Shown in pieces: positions 39,311 to 52,695 of a DNA stretch of 64,000 nucleotides (position 1 is the stretch's first letter; every line of letters begins with the position of its first letter). Under the pieces are notes generated by a model, which saw only the letters and a list, made by a program, of their open reading frames with translations, was not told where the DNA came from and made no database searches. Where the stretch lies: assembly GCF_037042905.1 (NCBI RefSeq), contig NC_087251.1:17796001-17860000 (forward strand), read 5' to 3'. Source of the stretch: Lytechinus pictus. Lineage: Eukaryota. The position numbers and the translations under genes are program-made.

Positions 39311-42300
39311 GGGATGGGGATTATGAGCATCATATGGAAAGATCATGTTAAATGTGATGATGCACTTAAGTCTAAAAAAGTATTTGATTTTCGTCAAGAG
39401 GTTTGCCTTTCAAGAAGAGGTTTGCCTTTGGCAAGTAATGATAAAAATATCACATTGCCAACAATAACAAATAAATGATGGACAAACAGGTAAGAAAGAA
39501 AAATAATGAGGGAACACAGTAATAAAAGAAGATTAAGCAGTTTTAATGATGTCTGTACCCTAAACTATGATTAAGAAACCCATCCTTGCTTCCATCTTGT
39601 TTGTTCTCTGTGTGTGATAATGGTTAGATACCAGGGAACTTCTTGTTGCTAATGTGATGATGAATACTTAAAATAGGCAGAAAAGAAAACACAACTGTGG
39701 GGGTAAAATAGAACAACAAAATGATTAAACTGCCATTCCTAGCAACGGCAATAAGGTGGTTTCATTATGTACATGAACAAGCAACAATGTAAGAGCAATA
39801 AACATCAATTATCAATGACAGAGCCTGGTAATTACTGTCAGAGGATCCTCATATATTGCTTTTCAAAGAAGTTTTTTATACCAATTAATGAGAGGAATGT
39901 AATTCATCCCTATATCTTCATACTGATTGTCTCTTTAAAAAAATTGAGGTGAAATATGAAATATCAGAAGTAATAATCAATATTAATAGCATTGGTAGTG
40001 ATGATGAAACTGACGATGATTATAATAACTTAATAAGGACAATGATTGCATTGAAGATAATAGTAATCATAACAATGAATCAAATAAACGCAGTGAATAA
40101 TGAAAGAAAGAGGATGATGACTATGATGATAATAATGAAGATGGAATACATATATATTTCTTTAAGAATCTAATAACAAATACTTTGAAAGGGCAAAGAA
40201 ATAAGCATATGAGTAATAACTGATTAAATTTCATGTATAGTAAAAAAAAAAAATCTCAAATCAAAACTAGAACCATACCAAAATAAATAGATGTAGAGAG
40301 AGAGAGAGAGGAGAGACAGAGACAGAGAAAGATGGAATATCACATCAATAATATAATATTATTGTTGCATACATTAATTCTATTTTCAATAGAATTAGAA
40401 CATTCATTTGGACTTATACTACATTTTAAGTGCATATACAACATAAGTGAACAGAGTCATCAAAAGTAGGTTACAACTCCTTGTTTTTGCTTGGAGTGCT
40501 TAAAGCTCTGCAAGACGATTGAATTTCGCCTGTCCTCTTTTCCAAACTGTCAACTTCCAGATGCCAATCTGTCTTAAAAATACCTTGGAGGAAAAACTGA
40601 AAAACAGAATACAGAAAAAAAATGAGAGAATTCAATACAAGTGGGGCATTGCCCGGATACCAGTCTATGTTGACGTAGCCCTGCACCGCTGCTGGGCAGC
40701 CGACAAACGCCAGCAGATTCAGTCGCTTTTAACCAAACAGTGTGTCAATATTTAGGCATAGCTTGATGGGGAAGTGTCCCTGGGTTCGCTGCCCCTCTCT
40801 TTTATAGTTCTTTGTCGGACCTAGAGATATAAATCCTGGCGTTGGTTGCCCGGCAGCATGACAATTCTTTAGCAATCCCAAAGCATGTTAGGGTTTTTTA
40901 TATACTGAAGAGAAAAAAGGAAAGGGAAGTTAAGAGAGTGGGTAGATAGACATGTTACCTTTCAAAGAGCAATTATCTGAAAGGTTAATATGCGAGTAAA
41001 TGTCACTACTTACTTGGAAGCACAATAATGAGGAAGTTCTTAACCATTCTATTTTCATGAAGGTGAAATAAATTTCATGACTTGGCCTTTGCAAAAGCTT
41101 TAAATATGTTCTATAAGGATGCAAGAATTAACACTTTTGTTTTTTTTAATTAGGGAAAGAAGAGGACCTAAACATAATATGATACATGATTTTAAAATGA
41201 AGTTTTCATGATTTTCAAATGAAGGTGATGCAGATGATGTGAGGGTTAAACATATTGCTAAATAGATACCATCAGGTTGATATTTGTGTTTCTTTGGTGA
41301 GAGAGATAGAGAGAAAAAGGGGGTGAGGGAGAGATAAGGGGGAGAAAGAGAGCACAAGAGAAATATATAAATAAAAAGAGAAATGGTAGAAAACAAGAGA
41401 GACAAAAAGAAATCCTTAACTTTTCCCTCTAATTCTAGATGTCACTCTTTCAGGGTTATAAAGTGCATTTACATACGCTTCTTGTAATTCAAACTCGCTG
41501 TAACCTCTGCAGTGTAACCCAAGTAAGGGTGAAAAAGTGAGAGAAAGGGGATATGAAAAGCAAAGAGTTTGCTGATGAAATTTTAATTTTCTCTACAGAG
41601 GTGGAGATTTGATGGTCAGTCTCTGTGACTGAAAGCCATCCATGTTCTCAAGTGTGCAACCCAAGATGGGGATTGCGCTCTACTGATGATCAGAGCATGA
41701 CGTGTAGCTTTTCATCCTATCAACCTAAAGTGAGGTTCCCCTGATCATGGTTTCAAGGGCCTGGTTTCACAAAGAATGGTCCGTATTTCCTATTACTTCT
41801 CCCTCTAATACGTTCTTGATTGAGTGCTGACATTGCATACAGGATCTCTTAAAGAAATGGCACTGATACCGAGGGACCCTGCCTAAATTAAAGTTTTAAA
41901 AAGAAAAATCAAACAAGTCCATTAATTTCCGAAAGATATAATTTAGCTGTTGTCTTTTATTTTGTTTATTTTTTTATTAAATTATTGTTATACTATGGCC
42001 CCTGACACAGGACTCCAATTTCAAAGAGGTTGCCAAACCAACATGTATCTTATATAATGTATTGTATTAGATATGTTTATTTTCATGGTTGAAATATATT
42101 GAAATTGATTATAGGTTGAGCTAAAGTGTCAACAATATTCAAGTTGAGAACGATCCTCATGTAACAAATCACATTCAACTAATCCAAGTATGCTGGATAC
42201 TCATAAACTGTGACAAAACCTGCCATGGTACAAGACACTGAGCCTCACTGAATAAAACATTGAGGTAAGAATGGCTACTAAGACCAGGGGCCATTTACCC

Positions 42301-42337
42301 TGGTGTGAAACCCTAACTCTGTCAATCAAACAAACAG

Positions 42338-42474
42338 GAGAGCATTTCATGAGATGTCTTGTCAATGATTTTTCAGTGACAAAGTTGCTCTCAGCCAATC
42401 AGATGCAAGGATTTTGGTAGCTTATAACAAATGACAGTGACAGGTGCTGACGAAATGCTTCATGAAATGATCCC
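42338..42474. mobile_element. Short Harbinger-like MITE, diverged
   Basis: CAG and CTG flanks. Ends GAGAGCATTTCATGA / TCATGAAATGATCCC. Internal CAGCCAATCAG. Confidence 0.65.
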
Positions 42475-45400
42475 CTGACCACATTTCTTGAGGCCACAGG
42501 TTTTTCCAGGACTCACTGAAAATGAGGGCAAGATGGGGACAGTGTCCAAAGTAACGAATACATAAAGCATGCCATGAGAATATTACCCGGCAGGTGGAAA
42601 TAATATTACAGGGCTTGTTCCATGCAATGGATTAATCAAACATATTTTACATCATATCAAAATATTATCAATACAATGGCCAGATGAGTTTTGCTACATG
42701 ATTGGGAATTTATTAGATCAAGGAATGGACCAAAGGGGTTACACAAAAAGGGGTGGCAGTGGTCAGAGGGCCGAGGGGCGGCATGGGTTGACTATGCAGA
42801 AACATTGTAATAAAAAACGAAATGTAGAGAATTAGGTAGGTCAACATTGTTGGAGCATGTCCAGGAGGAAATAATACAAATTCAAGGAGATTGCCTTGGG
42901 GTGAAATAAGATGCTATCCTAAGACACTTCAAGAGTCATGGTGACTCTTCCTAGTCATCCATTTGCATTTTAGTTGATATTTATTTCTGCTTTTATGTAG
43001 GACACAGACTAACAAGTGGGACAATCTTTAACTCCTAGCATGCCAAAGTTGTGAGTTGGCACCACATTCTAATTCATTATTCTCTATTCATTGTTCTGTC
43101 ATGTTTGGAGTTGGTTATGATGATAACATGTTGAGACAAGACTAACCAGAGAGAATGGTGATATCTAAAACCATCCATGAAACAGAATGTTCACATAAAA
43201 AAAGGTTCCATACTTGTGAGAGAACTGCTGATATAGCATATGGTACAGTCAGGGAAAAGGCATGGAGGCTGATAGGGATCTGCCTTTGAAATGTGAAAGT
43301 AGCCCACTTGGCTTTGCATTCATTACTTCTGTTGAAAATCATTTAATATTGGTAAAGAATGTATGTGCAAATATCAGGTACAGATTTTTATTGGTGCCTA
43401 TTATGTGTGAATACAGATTTTTGTCCCTTTTTGTCCAAAGTTTACTAAAATACACAACAGTATTCTTATATCATTTAGAGTTCATGGTATATGAAGTACT
43501 AGTCAATACGCAATAGAGTTAGGTACATGTAGTTGTGAAGTAAAAGCATGAGAGGCAGAAAGGATATTAAAAAGCTTTGGACTGATATAAGGTGCATCTT
43601 GAAAAGACACTTAAATAAAACCTCCACAGAATGGTTCTCAGGTTCTCTCAAATGTATGCAATTTCTCTTGGCCGGATATAGGCTAGAGTGTCTGATAGGC
43701 TTGAATTCTGATATCCGAGTTTGAATATAAGTTACACATCCTTCAAAAGCTGTGGCCAACCTGACAATCAGGACAAAGGCAGAAGGAAATCAAATACACC
43801 AACACTGACAAACCAAGGGAATTTTCCTAACCAATGTATTTGAATTGCAGATGTGCAGTTTACACTGGACTTGCATATCCTTGGGAGAAGAACTCTGAGT
43901 AATACTACAACCTGTGCATTTTTCATATAGGTCATATATACAGAATAAAATAATTCAAACATGAATTACTTAATTGTAAGGGGTGGAAAATGGAAATGGA
44001 ATAAAGAGGTCAAAACTCTCTCATTTGAGAATAATATTCCCCCTTTATAAAGTCAATGTGATTTGTTATTTCTTATCATATCACATGGTAAGTTTAAGCA
44101 TACAGCACTTCATAAACCATCATTATGTATTAATCATTTAATGAAAAGTAAAAGCGAACAGAGATTGAAGATAGGCATAAACATGGATAAGCACATGCGT
44201 TTACCTGCACTGATTATACCTTGAAAATTAACTCAACACAAGGAAAAATAAATTGCTTTATCTTGCTGATACATCACACATTTTCTAACTTTCTACCAGA
44301 AGCAGTATCTTGTGATATATGCCCTCAAAATATAAAGTTAGTGATAAGTTAGTTGGATTCTGTTGGAGTTGTATTTGTTATTAGTACCACATATGGAGTT
44401 CAATGTTACTTGCACAGTAAACAAGAGAAGATGGAATAGGCACAAGATGCAGCAGACTCAATGAGAGTCTTCCTGTCGGTCGCTGATGCAGCTTGTCAGC
44501 TCCTTCCCTTAGTGGCTCTTTGGCGAACAGAGGATGATAACAGAGTGCTTTAATACCTTAATTGAGGAGGTCTTTCCTCTTCAGAGTGGTCTTTAATAGA
44601 CGTCAATTGGTATCCCTCACAGCTTCCTCATCGATCCTCAACCAAAGTAAAGACCCAAGAATTAGGGCAAATTTGCGGAGGCAGCAGTATGATCATCGGA
44701 TGGTAGGACAGTAATTATCTAATCCATTATTCCCCTATTGACATTTCCTCATAATATATTTAAATTCATCCTTGCTCTCACCAAGGTGATCACTTTTAAT
44801 GTCTTTTGTTGATGTTCTAAGAACCTCCCCCTCCCCCTCCCCCACTTGAGACTGAATACCTTGATCTAGTCTTTCTCCATATGATTGATTGGACAGTGTT
44901 TCCATCATGGGTTGTCAAGATGGTAATTATTCAGAGGTATCATGGCACACTGTTTTATTCAGTGATTCTTAATTTTAGGACCTGGGTTCATTTCTTTGCC
45001 CTTCATATTCTACAATCTTTTTTATCTGGCCATGGTAGATTTTTGCCAACACAACTGAATGACAATAAATATTTCACATCTCAAATAAGCAACAACAAAA
45101 AAGAAGAAAAAGAAAAAAAGAAAACACAAAACCAAATCCCCACAGAATCAGGATAATTTTCAAATATTCTGACATGAATGTAGTTATCCTAAATACTAAT
45201 GAAAAAAAATGCATGGTTTTTGTCTCATTAGCTGCTCCCCCATCCGAAAAAAATGCATATAAATTGTCACTATTCTATCGTCCGTAATAAGTGTAGTCCT
45301 ACATGACATGAACATCGAGTGCTAGCAAGTTGCCTACAACTGTTGACATGAAGCCAAAGTGGAGGGTTATACAATTTCATGAAAGTGATGATATAAATAA

Positions 45401-45929
45401 ATTCTTGTAGTTTTCTTCACATGGAGGAGATTCGCAAGGTAAACGTGGTGCAGGAAATCCGCTTTTCAGAGAGATGTTCAGATGCCATGAAATACACCTA
45501 CGGGCTTTGCATTTAAAGAACTGTAACCAATGTTACCAACTATAGAACACCTTTCCCTCAGGAGTGGCCCTTTACAAGGACCTAATGGACAGATAGGATT
45601 CCTGTTCAGATCATCCGATGGCTGTGACGGGCTCTGAATCAATTACCAGTCTTGATCCATGCCTGAAAATGATATCTAAGAAGCTGATTATTTTGAGAGT
45701 TGGGTGTAGAGGTGCTTGCCTGCTGAGCGACAGCAGCAGGAAATCAGCTCTATTTCGTCTCATGGACATATTCCAGGAATATCCACTAGCTTGAATCACT
45801 AGTCATATGCTGAGATGTGGATAATAGTGAAAATAGATAGATTATTCATATTAATCATGAATTAGGTCATTCCAAATGATTTATATGCAGATAACAATGT
45901 TTTATTATTACATGATAGCAGACTTTTAA

Positions 45930-46014
45930 CCCCTCCAGCTCTGAGCCCAATATAACATCTGCATAATGTCTATGGGAAATGTGTAATACGCTGAAATCAA
46001 TGATGTTTGATGGG
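45930..46014. mobile_element. Possible 85-bp piggyBac-like MITE
   Basis: TTAA|CCC...GGG|TTAA with a weak TIR (CCCCTCCAGC versus CCCATCAAAC). Confidence 0.4.
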
Positions 46015-48258
46015 TTAAAAGAAGTGTTTTCCACTACACAGCCAATTATAAAATGTATTCAAAATGCAAGTCCAGATAGTATATTATGCATATGAGTGTG
46101 AAAATATTTTGATTATTATATCCAGATGTAAAGGAGGATATTTCTTTTATTTTCTTGATAATATGTGCTAACTGTGACAATCACACTATAACCTATCATT
46201 CTGAGCTTTTTACCTTGCTTTTCAAGATAATTTCCATTAAAGGAAGGTCTGGAAAAAGACTTCTTTCAAACAGGATAACAGAAGACTTCCTACATTGCGT
46301 GTTACCTATTACCCAGTGAGGGCGCCTCTCGTAGAGGTCAGTTGGTCTCATGACGAGACTAGTCTTGATCTTGATCAAGTCAATCACGAGAATGGCAAGT
46401 ACAAGGGCACTGTTAATGACCTGAGGCCCATACTAAGAAAGAGAGAGAGAGTAATCTATAATTTGATAGTATTTCCTTTGAAAATTACCTCCAATTCATC
46501 AAACAAATCAGACATATTATTCAACTTAGTTCTTTCTACTTTCAAGTTAGAAAAAAAAATACATACATGTAAGTATCCTAAGTACATGTAAGTATTCCTG
46601 TATCAAAATTTATTTACTGATGCATACAGGTCACTAGAAGAAACTGGATTTATCTACCTTCACAAAAACTGCATGAATATTATTTGAAATGGTTCATTAT
46701 TTTCATCATTATCCTATTTCAGTCAATTCAATCATATATATTGATAGGGATGGGGACATCAATTACACAAAGGTACAATGAACTGATTTCAGCAGGTGTT
46801 AGGGTAATGTTACACCCTTACGTCCTCGTTTCCTAATAACACCCCGTATCTTATAACCAATTAAAACAACTCTTTGACCTCTCCTTGGCAGTTTCTAGAA
46901 ACTGAGTTCTTTCCAGTTTCAATCTCATCTCTGAACCAGACCTGGGAATGACGTAAGGAGATACATTTAATATTTACAACTGATTGTAACTTATGAACAT
47001 GTTTACTGATAATCTTTGTTTATATAAGTTGACAAAATGTTTTAATGTGGAAGTTTTTGCAAGAAATTGAAATGAATGGATGAATCAACTTTTTGTATAC
47101 AGTTTTCCATAAATTTACAGTTACACTCAATTGTATCTATTATGTTGCACAGCACTGGGATGTGACATAAAGGTTTATAATTCATTGCAAATTTTTGTAC
47201 ATGGTTTGCTACAGACTTGCAATTAAGCTCAATTGTAAAACTTATTGTATCTTTTATGTTAGTGGGCACTGATATTTTGCATGACTCCCTTGAAAACAAA
47301 GTGACTTCTTAACTCAATATCCTCTTGCGTTGCCAGATTCTTCATTCTAAAATTTCATTGATTTTTCTCTTTGATTTCATGAAAACAAGGTGTTTCTCAT
47401 TCCTTGTTTTCTTCAGACACGACTGCTGAAATGGAGGCACTTCTATCACCAAGATCCGAGGAGCCATCAGCTTGGAATAGCTGCAGAGTGCCTCACGTGA
47501 CACCCAGTGCAGCCATCACTCCTTTTCGTTCCCTAGCCCTGGCGCGTTAACTGTATTGTGTTTCAGCTCCCACTAATTGATCCCCGAAACCGGAGACTTG
47601 TGCCTATGATAGGGGATATTTGGCTAATATCAGTCGGTGAGTCGGTGTGTTTGACATTTGATCGGCGGGATGTGCTGGTTGGATAGTGGAGAACCTTATC
47701 CTGGTAGTTATAATGTTACTATTTGATACCTTTACCTTCTCGTTTCCCCTCTCTCACCTTTCAGGGGGAAGCTACATGATTACTTTCGTGGGAGTAATAT
47801 AGGGGGAGAAAGAACTGTAAGGAAATTTGAAATAGGCCACCTGAGATCTCAATACCCAACCCCGCACAATATACTCTTTTCTGAAAGAGTTGATATCGAC
47901 GGAAATTGCATTAGCCATGCTCTAATGTGTGTATCCAGACAAAACAAAAACAGCACATGGAGAAAGTGACATTCTTATAACAATTACTAACTTTTGTACC
48001 TAGTCAATGATGATATAAGAGAGAAAGGTATGATAAAAACTGATGCACAATATTGCAGGAGAGCAGTTTTAATTTCCATGAAGTACATTGCCTCATTCAG
48101 AAAGGTATCAAAAGTTTTGTTTCTACCAATGAATTTTGAGAAAAAAATAGTGATATCATAGAGCTATTAAAATCAAGGGGAAATGGTAGAGATAGGGTAG
48201 GGATAGACGGGATGTGAGAGAAGAAATGGTATAGATAGAGTAGAGGATGTCTTCAAAC

Positions 48259-48474
48259 GCCTTGTTCAGACTATTGTCCAAGGGAAATTGAAATCTCTCC
48301 CAGACACATATTTCTTATGACCCACTGTTCACACCTTTCTCTGAGAAACAGATTCCATGATGGGAAATGAGATAGAATGCACCTCTCTGTGACTGTTCAG
48401 ACTACAAGACGAGATGAGAGTTCTTTAAGGCGGAGGTAGTTCCCTCCCCTTGGACAACAGTCTGAACACAGGGC
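48259..48474. mobile_element. MITE with about 26-bp TIRs
   Basis: GCCTTGTTCAGACTATTGTCCAAGGG pairs with CCCTTGGACAACAGTCTGAACACAGGGC. The motif TGTTCA(G/C)AC is repeated internally. Confidence 0.75.
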
Positions 48475-50659
48475 TAATCTATCAAAATGACAGAAGTCTC
48501 ATCCAAGTCTCTCCTCACAACCACTTTAATACTCTACTTTTCTCTCTCCCCATCTATCACACTACTTTAATTGTGGACCTCATTACACTTGTCGTTAAAG
48601 CGGTATGAGAATAGTTAGGTGAGCTATGGCTATCTCTTTCTGCCTATCAATCAGCGTGCTCCACTTAAACTCTTGGCAATGTCTGCACATTCTTTCATAT
48701 TTTAAAGCACAGATTTATTATGATAGAATTGTGAATCTTTGTCTCATGGTTTTTTATTTGCTTTCATTGAATTCATCATGATAATATATCCTATGTAATA
48801 TTGCTCCCAATAAATATCTATTCTAATATATTAAATTTTCTAACTAAAACATGTCACAAGATGGTTATATCAAATGCTTAATGATTCTTAAAATAAAGTT
48901 TTTAGGAAAGTTTAATATCTTTTTTTCTTCATATTTTGTCATCAATAAGTTGTACCAAAGACTGACTTTCTATCTGCAATTTTTATGCATCTACACGTAC
49001 AACTGGATATTCAGTAACAGATCAGTAATAATACAATTATTCTGAAATGATTATAAAATATATATGTCCAGCAAAGTCCTACAAATGTTCATGCTTCTTG
49101 TGAAACAGCGATTTCTTCACATTGCAAAACTCTGACTTAATTAAAATGCAATTTTTTTTGGGGTACATGTCCTCCTTCCTACTTAACCTCAATATTGGCA
49201 TTGTCATGGAAACACAGTTAAGAAGGAAAAGAGCATCCCATATGGGATGGCATCCCTACAGGGGGGATATCTTGCAGATAGCTTGTTAATCAGTTAATCT
49301 AATTGCATCATATCTCTACAAAACACACCCTCATCACTTTCCATCTTTATAGATATTTTGTAGTAAAACGGGAGAAAAAATGATTAAAGCGGGACATGTC
49401 TTCTCAGAAGGTGAACAGGCTCTTGTGCTGTAAAATTAGACTTGACATCTTTTATGAATAATGAAGTGCATTTTTTTATAATGATGTGTTGGCCATTTGA
49501 TCTATCAGAATCTGGAATGTTAATGTGTTTTCATCTATATGACCCATTGTAAAATCTTTGTGATGATGTAAATGGTTGATTTGGTTATTCTCCTTCTTAT
49601 GACGGTATATATTATAAGACTGCATAACCAAAATGTTACTTCGGGATAAGGACACAAGAACTGAGATTCATTCTGTCAAGGTACTGAAGCTATCTATGGT
49701 GGCTGTGGTATACTGCTTTTCACTGCAACAGGAGTATACACTTCTTTGAAGAGGTTGTTATTATACTTTCTTTTAAGAATTTTATTTTTTTCCCAGTATG
49801 GCTATTTTGGTTTATCTCTCCCTCACATACGAATAACAAGGTCGAATGTGCAGAGAAATTAACAGATAAGCGTGATTGTGATTGACCATCCATCATTCCC
49901 ATTTCAAACAAACATTTCTGCACGAGGATGTGTAGAGTATCTAAAAATCAAATTGATAAGGAATATCAAATATTCAACAACTAGAGAAACTTAAGAATAA
50001 ATCCAACCACATTGTTTTCTTGAAAATGTAAGGTTTATTACTGAATGCCCCTACCTCCCACATATTATACTGAGACATTAAAGTATCTCCTTTCCCCTGA
50101 GAAAAAAAATTGTAAAGAAAATAAATAAATACAACTTAGGCTTGATTTTTTAACAAGGGTACTGATAATGGTACCTCCCCATTTTAAGAAAGCCCAGGTA
50201 AATCTTCAAAGAATCTGTGAGTAAAATCTCCCCCTTTTTTCTCCCCGGGGGTCCAAGCTGGGATATTTCAGGCAAATCTGTGACAGAATCACATCTGCCC
50301 ATCCACTTTCACATTCTCCATTGCTAACTTTGAATTTAACATGAGTCAATGTGTGTTGACAAGATTACTTGTGACAGAAATGTGTTCTGAAACTTGGTTT
50401 GACCTTGCTCAACTTCAGATGTATGTATTGTTTAGTCCTGAAGAGGAAGGATAGAGAGAGGGTGGGGGGGGGGGTTCAAGTTCAAATTTTCTCTTATTGA
50501 GGGTCAGGGGTGAACTTCATGTTTGAAAAAGATTACCAAATTGGAGAGGGCACTGTATCAATAGGGCTTTTAAATAACTTATGACTTTGTTTATGGAATA
50601 AGAAGAGCAACACAACATCCATTGCCAATCGATTGCTATAAGAGTAGGGACACTCTGAC

Positions 50660-50683
50660 CATGGACCTACTAGTAGGTCCATG
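50660..50683. mobile_element. 24-bp perfect palindrome with 7-bp TSD; probable P-superfamily excision footprint
   Basis: CTCTGAC|CATGGACCTACT-AGTAGGTCCATG|CTCTGAC, with the direct repeats at 50653-50659 and 50684-50690. Confidence 0.75.
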
Positions 50684-52161
50684 CTCTGACTAATTGCTAA
50701 AATTCTAACAAGAGGTCTATTTCTTTGGATTGACAACTAGTTTGCAAGCACACTCTAATATGCTAAGGGTTAAGTGCACAATGCCCTTCGAGCATATTCA
50801 GACTATTTTTCAGTGAGTTTTGGCAGAGGATTTTTATCTGTAAGCTTGAGGAAGATTGCCATATATCCCCAAGAAAAATATAAATATGGGGGGAAATATT
50901 TTACCTTTTAATAATTGTTCAGGAATTCATACCAGGTCATTGCTTTGCACTCTTACTGGAATTTGTTCAAAGAGAAAGGGATCTATCTATTCCAATATAT
51001 TACAGATATTAAAGATGAGGGTGAGGAAACAGGATAAGAGCATCTCTCCTATTGAATGATATATATTCCAATCTAGTCATACAGGAAACCAGTCAGACAG
51101 AGCAGGCAGCAGGAATAAAAAGAAGCAAACAGTAATACAAGAAAAAAACATAGATACTGTATTTTCTTCTACTCTCTTCAACTATCTTTCCTCCTCTCTA
51201 ACATTTTTTTAAATTCCATCTGGTACCTGGGTTTTTCCCAAACAATGTTTTCTTCCTATAAAACTTGTCAGATAAAGAATCACAAGGGAACACCATGAGT
51301 ACATCAATCTTCTTGAGCTGTAAAGCATGCATAATTCAATGGTTTGTGCTGTTTGGGTCTTCTGGGAACAATGGTTTCTACCAGGTAAATAACAGTTGCT
51401 TTGGCAGTCCTTGAAGGTAGTATGAGACAGAGGTGAACAGGGGCACAGTGAAGTTGTCTTGAAGATCCTTGTTGATTCATCAAAGACAATAGTACCACTC
51501 TTAAAACCATGTTTGGTTCACTGGTGGGTGGGATGGTGCCTTGGATGATCAAGTACTATGTCAACTAGAGGGAAAATGACTTAATTGCATTACATTCTAA
51601 ATCTAAAAGATAGGGGACATTTGTTTGAACAAATCTGGCAAAAAGAAATAAACAATGTGGTCTCCTTACAGGTTCCAGTGTAGAGTTATGCATATCATAC
51701 AAACAGTAACATGAATAGCTCCCCCGAACCTATTCTTTATGGTAAGTGTTAGTCGAAAGGCCTAATCGAAACCAATACATCTATGATATTTTTCTTTCAT
51801 TTTCAGCTAAAGAACATGAAGGGCATAATTGCATCTTTCTCAAAGGCATTATCATCCTTTTGCTTCCAAGCATAAACATCAAAAGCACACCTTGGCTTTG
51901 GGAAGTTGGCTGGGGGCAAGAGATAATGTGTGGAAGTTAACACCCATCCATCTCATTTACCCATATACCTCTCCTACATTCCCAGGACAGACTATCATCA
52001 TCTCCATCTATCCATCTCTCATCACATACCTAGAGGGCAGGCTTGAGCAAGGTAAACCTACCTTATCACCACCAAGTTACTTTCTCAAAGCAGACAGAAG
52101 GTAGACTCATGGCCCAAAGAAGGAGAAAAGAGACTTCAAAAAAATTCTATGACAAATTTAA

Positions 52162-52695
52162 AGGGGAGATATACCCTGATGCAAAATCTATTTCAATAAC
52201 AACATTAAAAAGTGAGAGAAATACATTAACCTGTTGGCTACAGGAACTGGGTCCGCCACATCCAAATCTATAAGAATCAAAGAATACAACAGTCAACAGG
52301 TTAATCATGGTTTTTAACAACAAAAAACATGCACAGATTTTTAAGTTTTGATTTTGTGATGTCATTTGTAAATGCCTTACGCACAAGATCAAATTCCATG
52401 AATTGCTATCTTGTATATTTCATGTTAAACACTTATTTGTGGAAGCATACTGATAATGTGTCAGGTTTGAAAATTAATGGTAAAGTCATTTAAAGATCAC
52501 CTATAAAAGTGACATTTTACATTTTTTGTTAATGGAAGCTGGGATAAAAGCAAGCAAGGCTTAGGGATTATCACAAAAATAACGTTTTGAAAATCATTAT
52601 ACAGCTATCTTTGGACCATACATTTAATAAAACATTTCACTTCAATTTGTTTTTTCCATAAGGGGATATAAATAACACCAAGGAAAGCTTCACCT
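52162..52695. mobile_element. Old Kolobok-like MITE
   Basis: TTAA|AGGGGAGATATACCCTGA ... CTTCACCT|TTAA. The left end and the internal TTTTGTGATGTCAT resemble the 8751 family. Confidence 0.5.

Noticed and set aside
38622..39430. Short tandem duplications (TCTTATGACC twice; AAGAGGTTTGCCTTT twice)
   Set aside because: Ordinary slippage or repair products that cannot be tied to an element.
46889..46904. 16-bp palindrome CAGTTTCTAGAAACTG as a footprint
   Set aside because: No TSD (flanks CTCCTTGG and AGTTCTTT).
49234..49249. 16-bp palindrome CATCCCATATGGGATG as a third P-like footprint
   Set aside because: CA...TG ends but no flanking 7-8 bp duplication, and this length is expected about once per window by chance.
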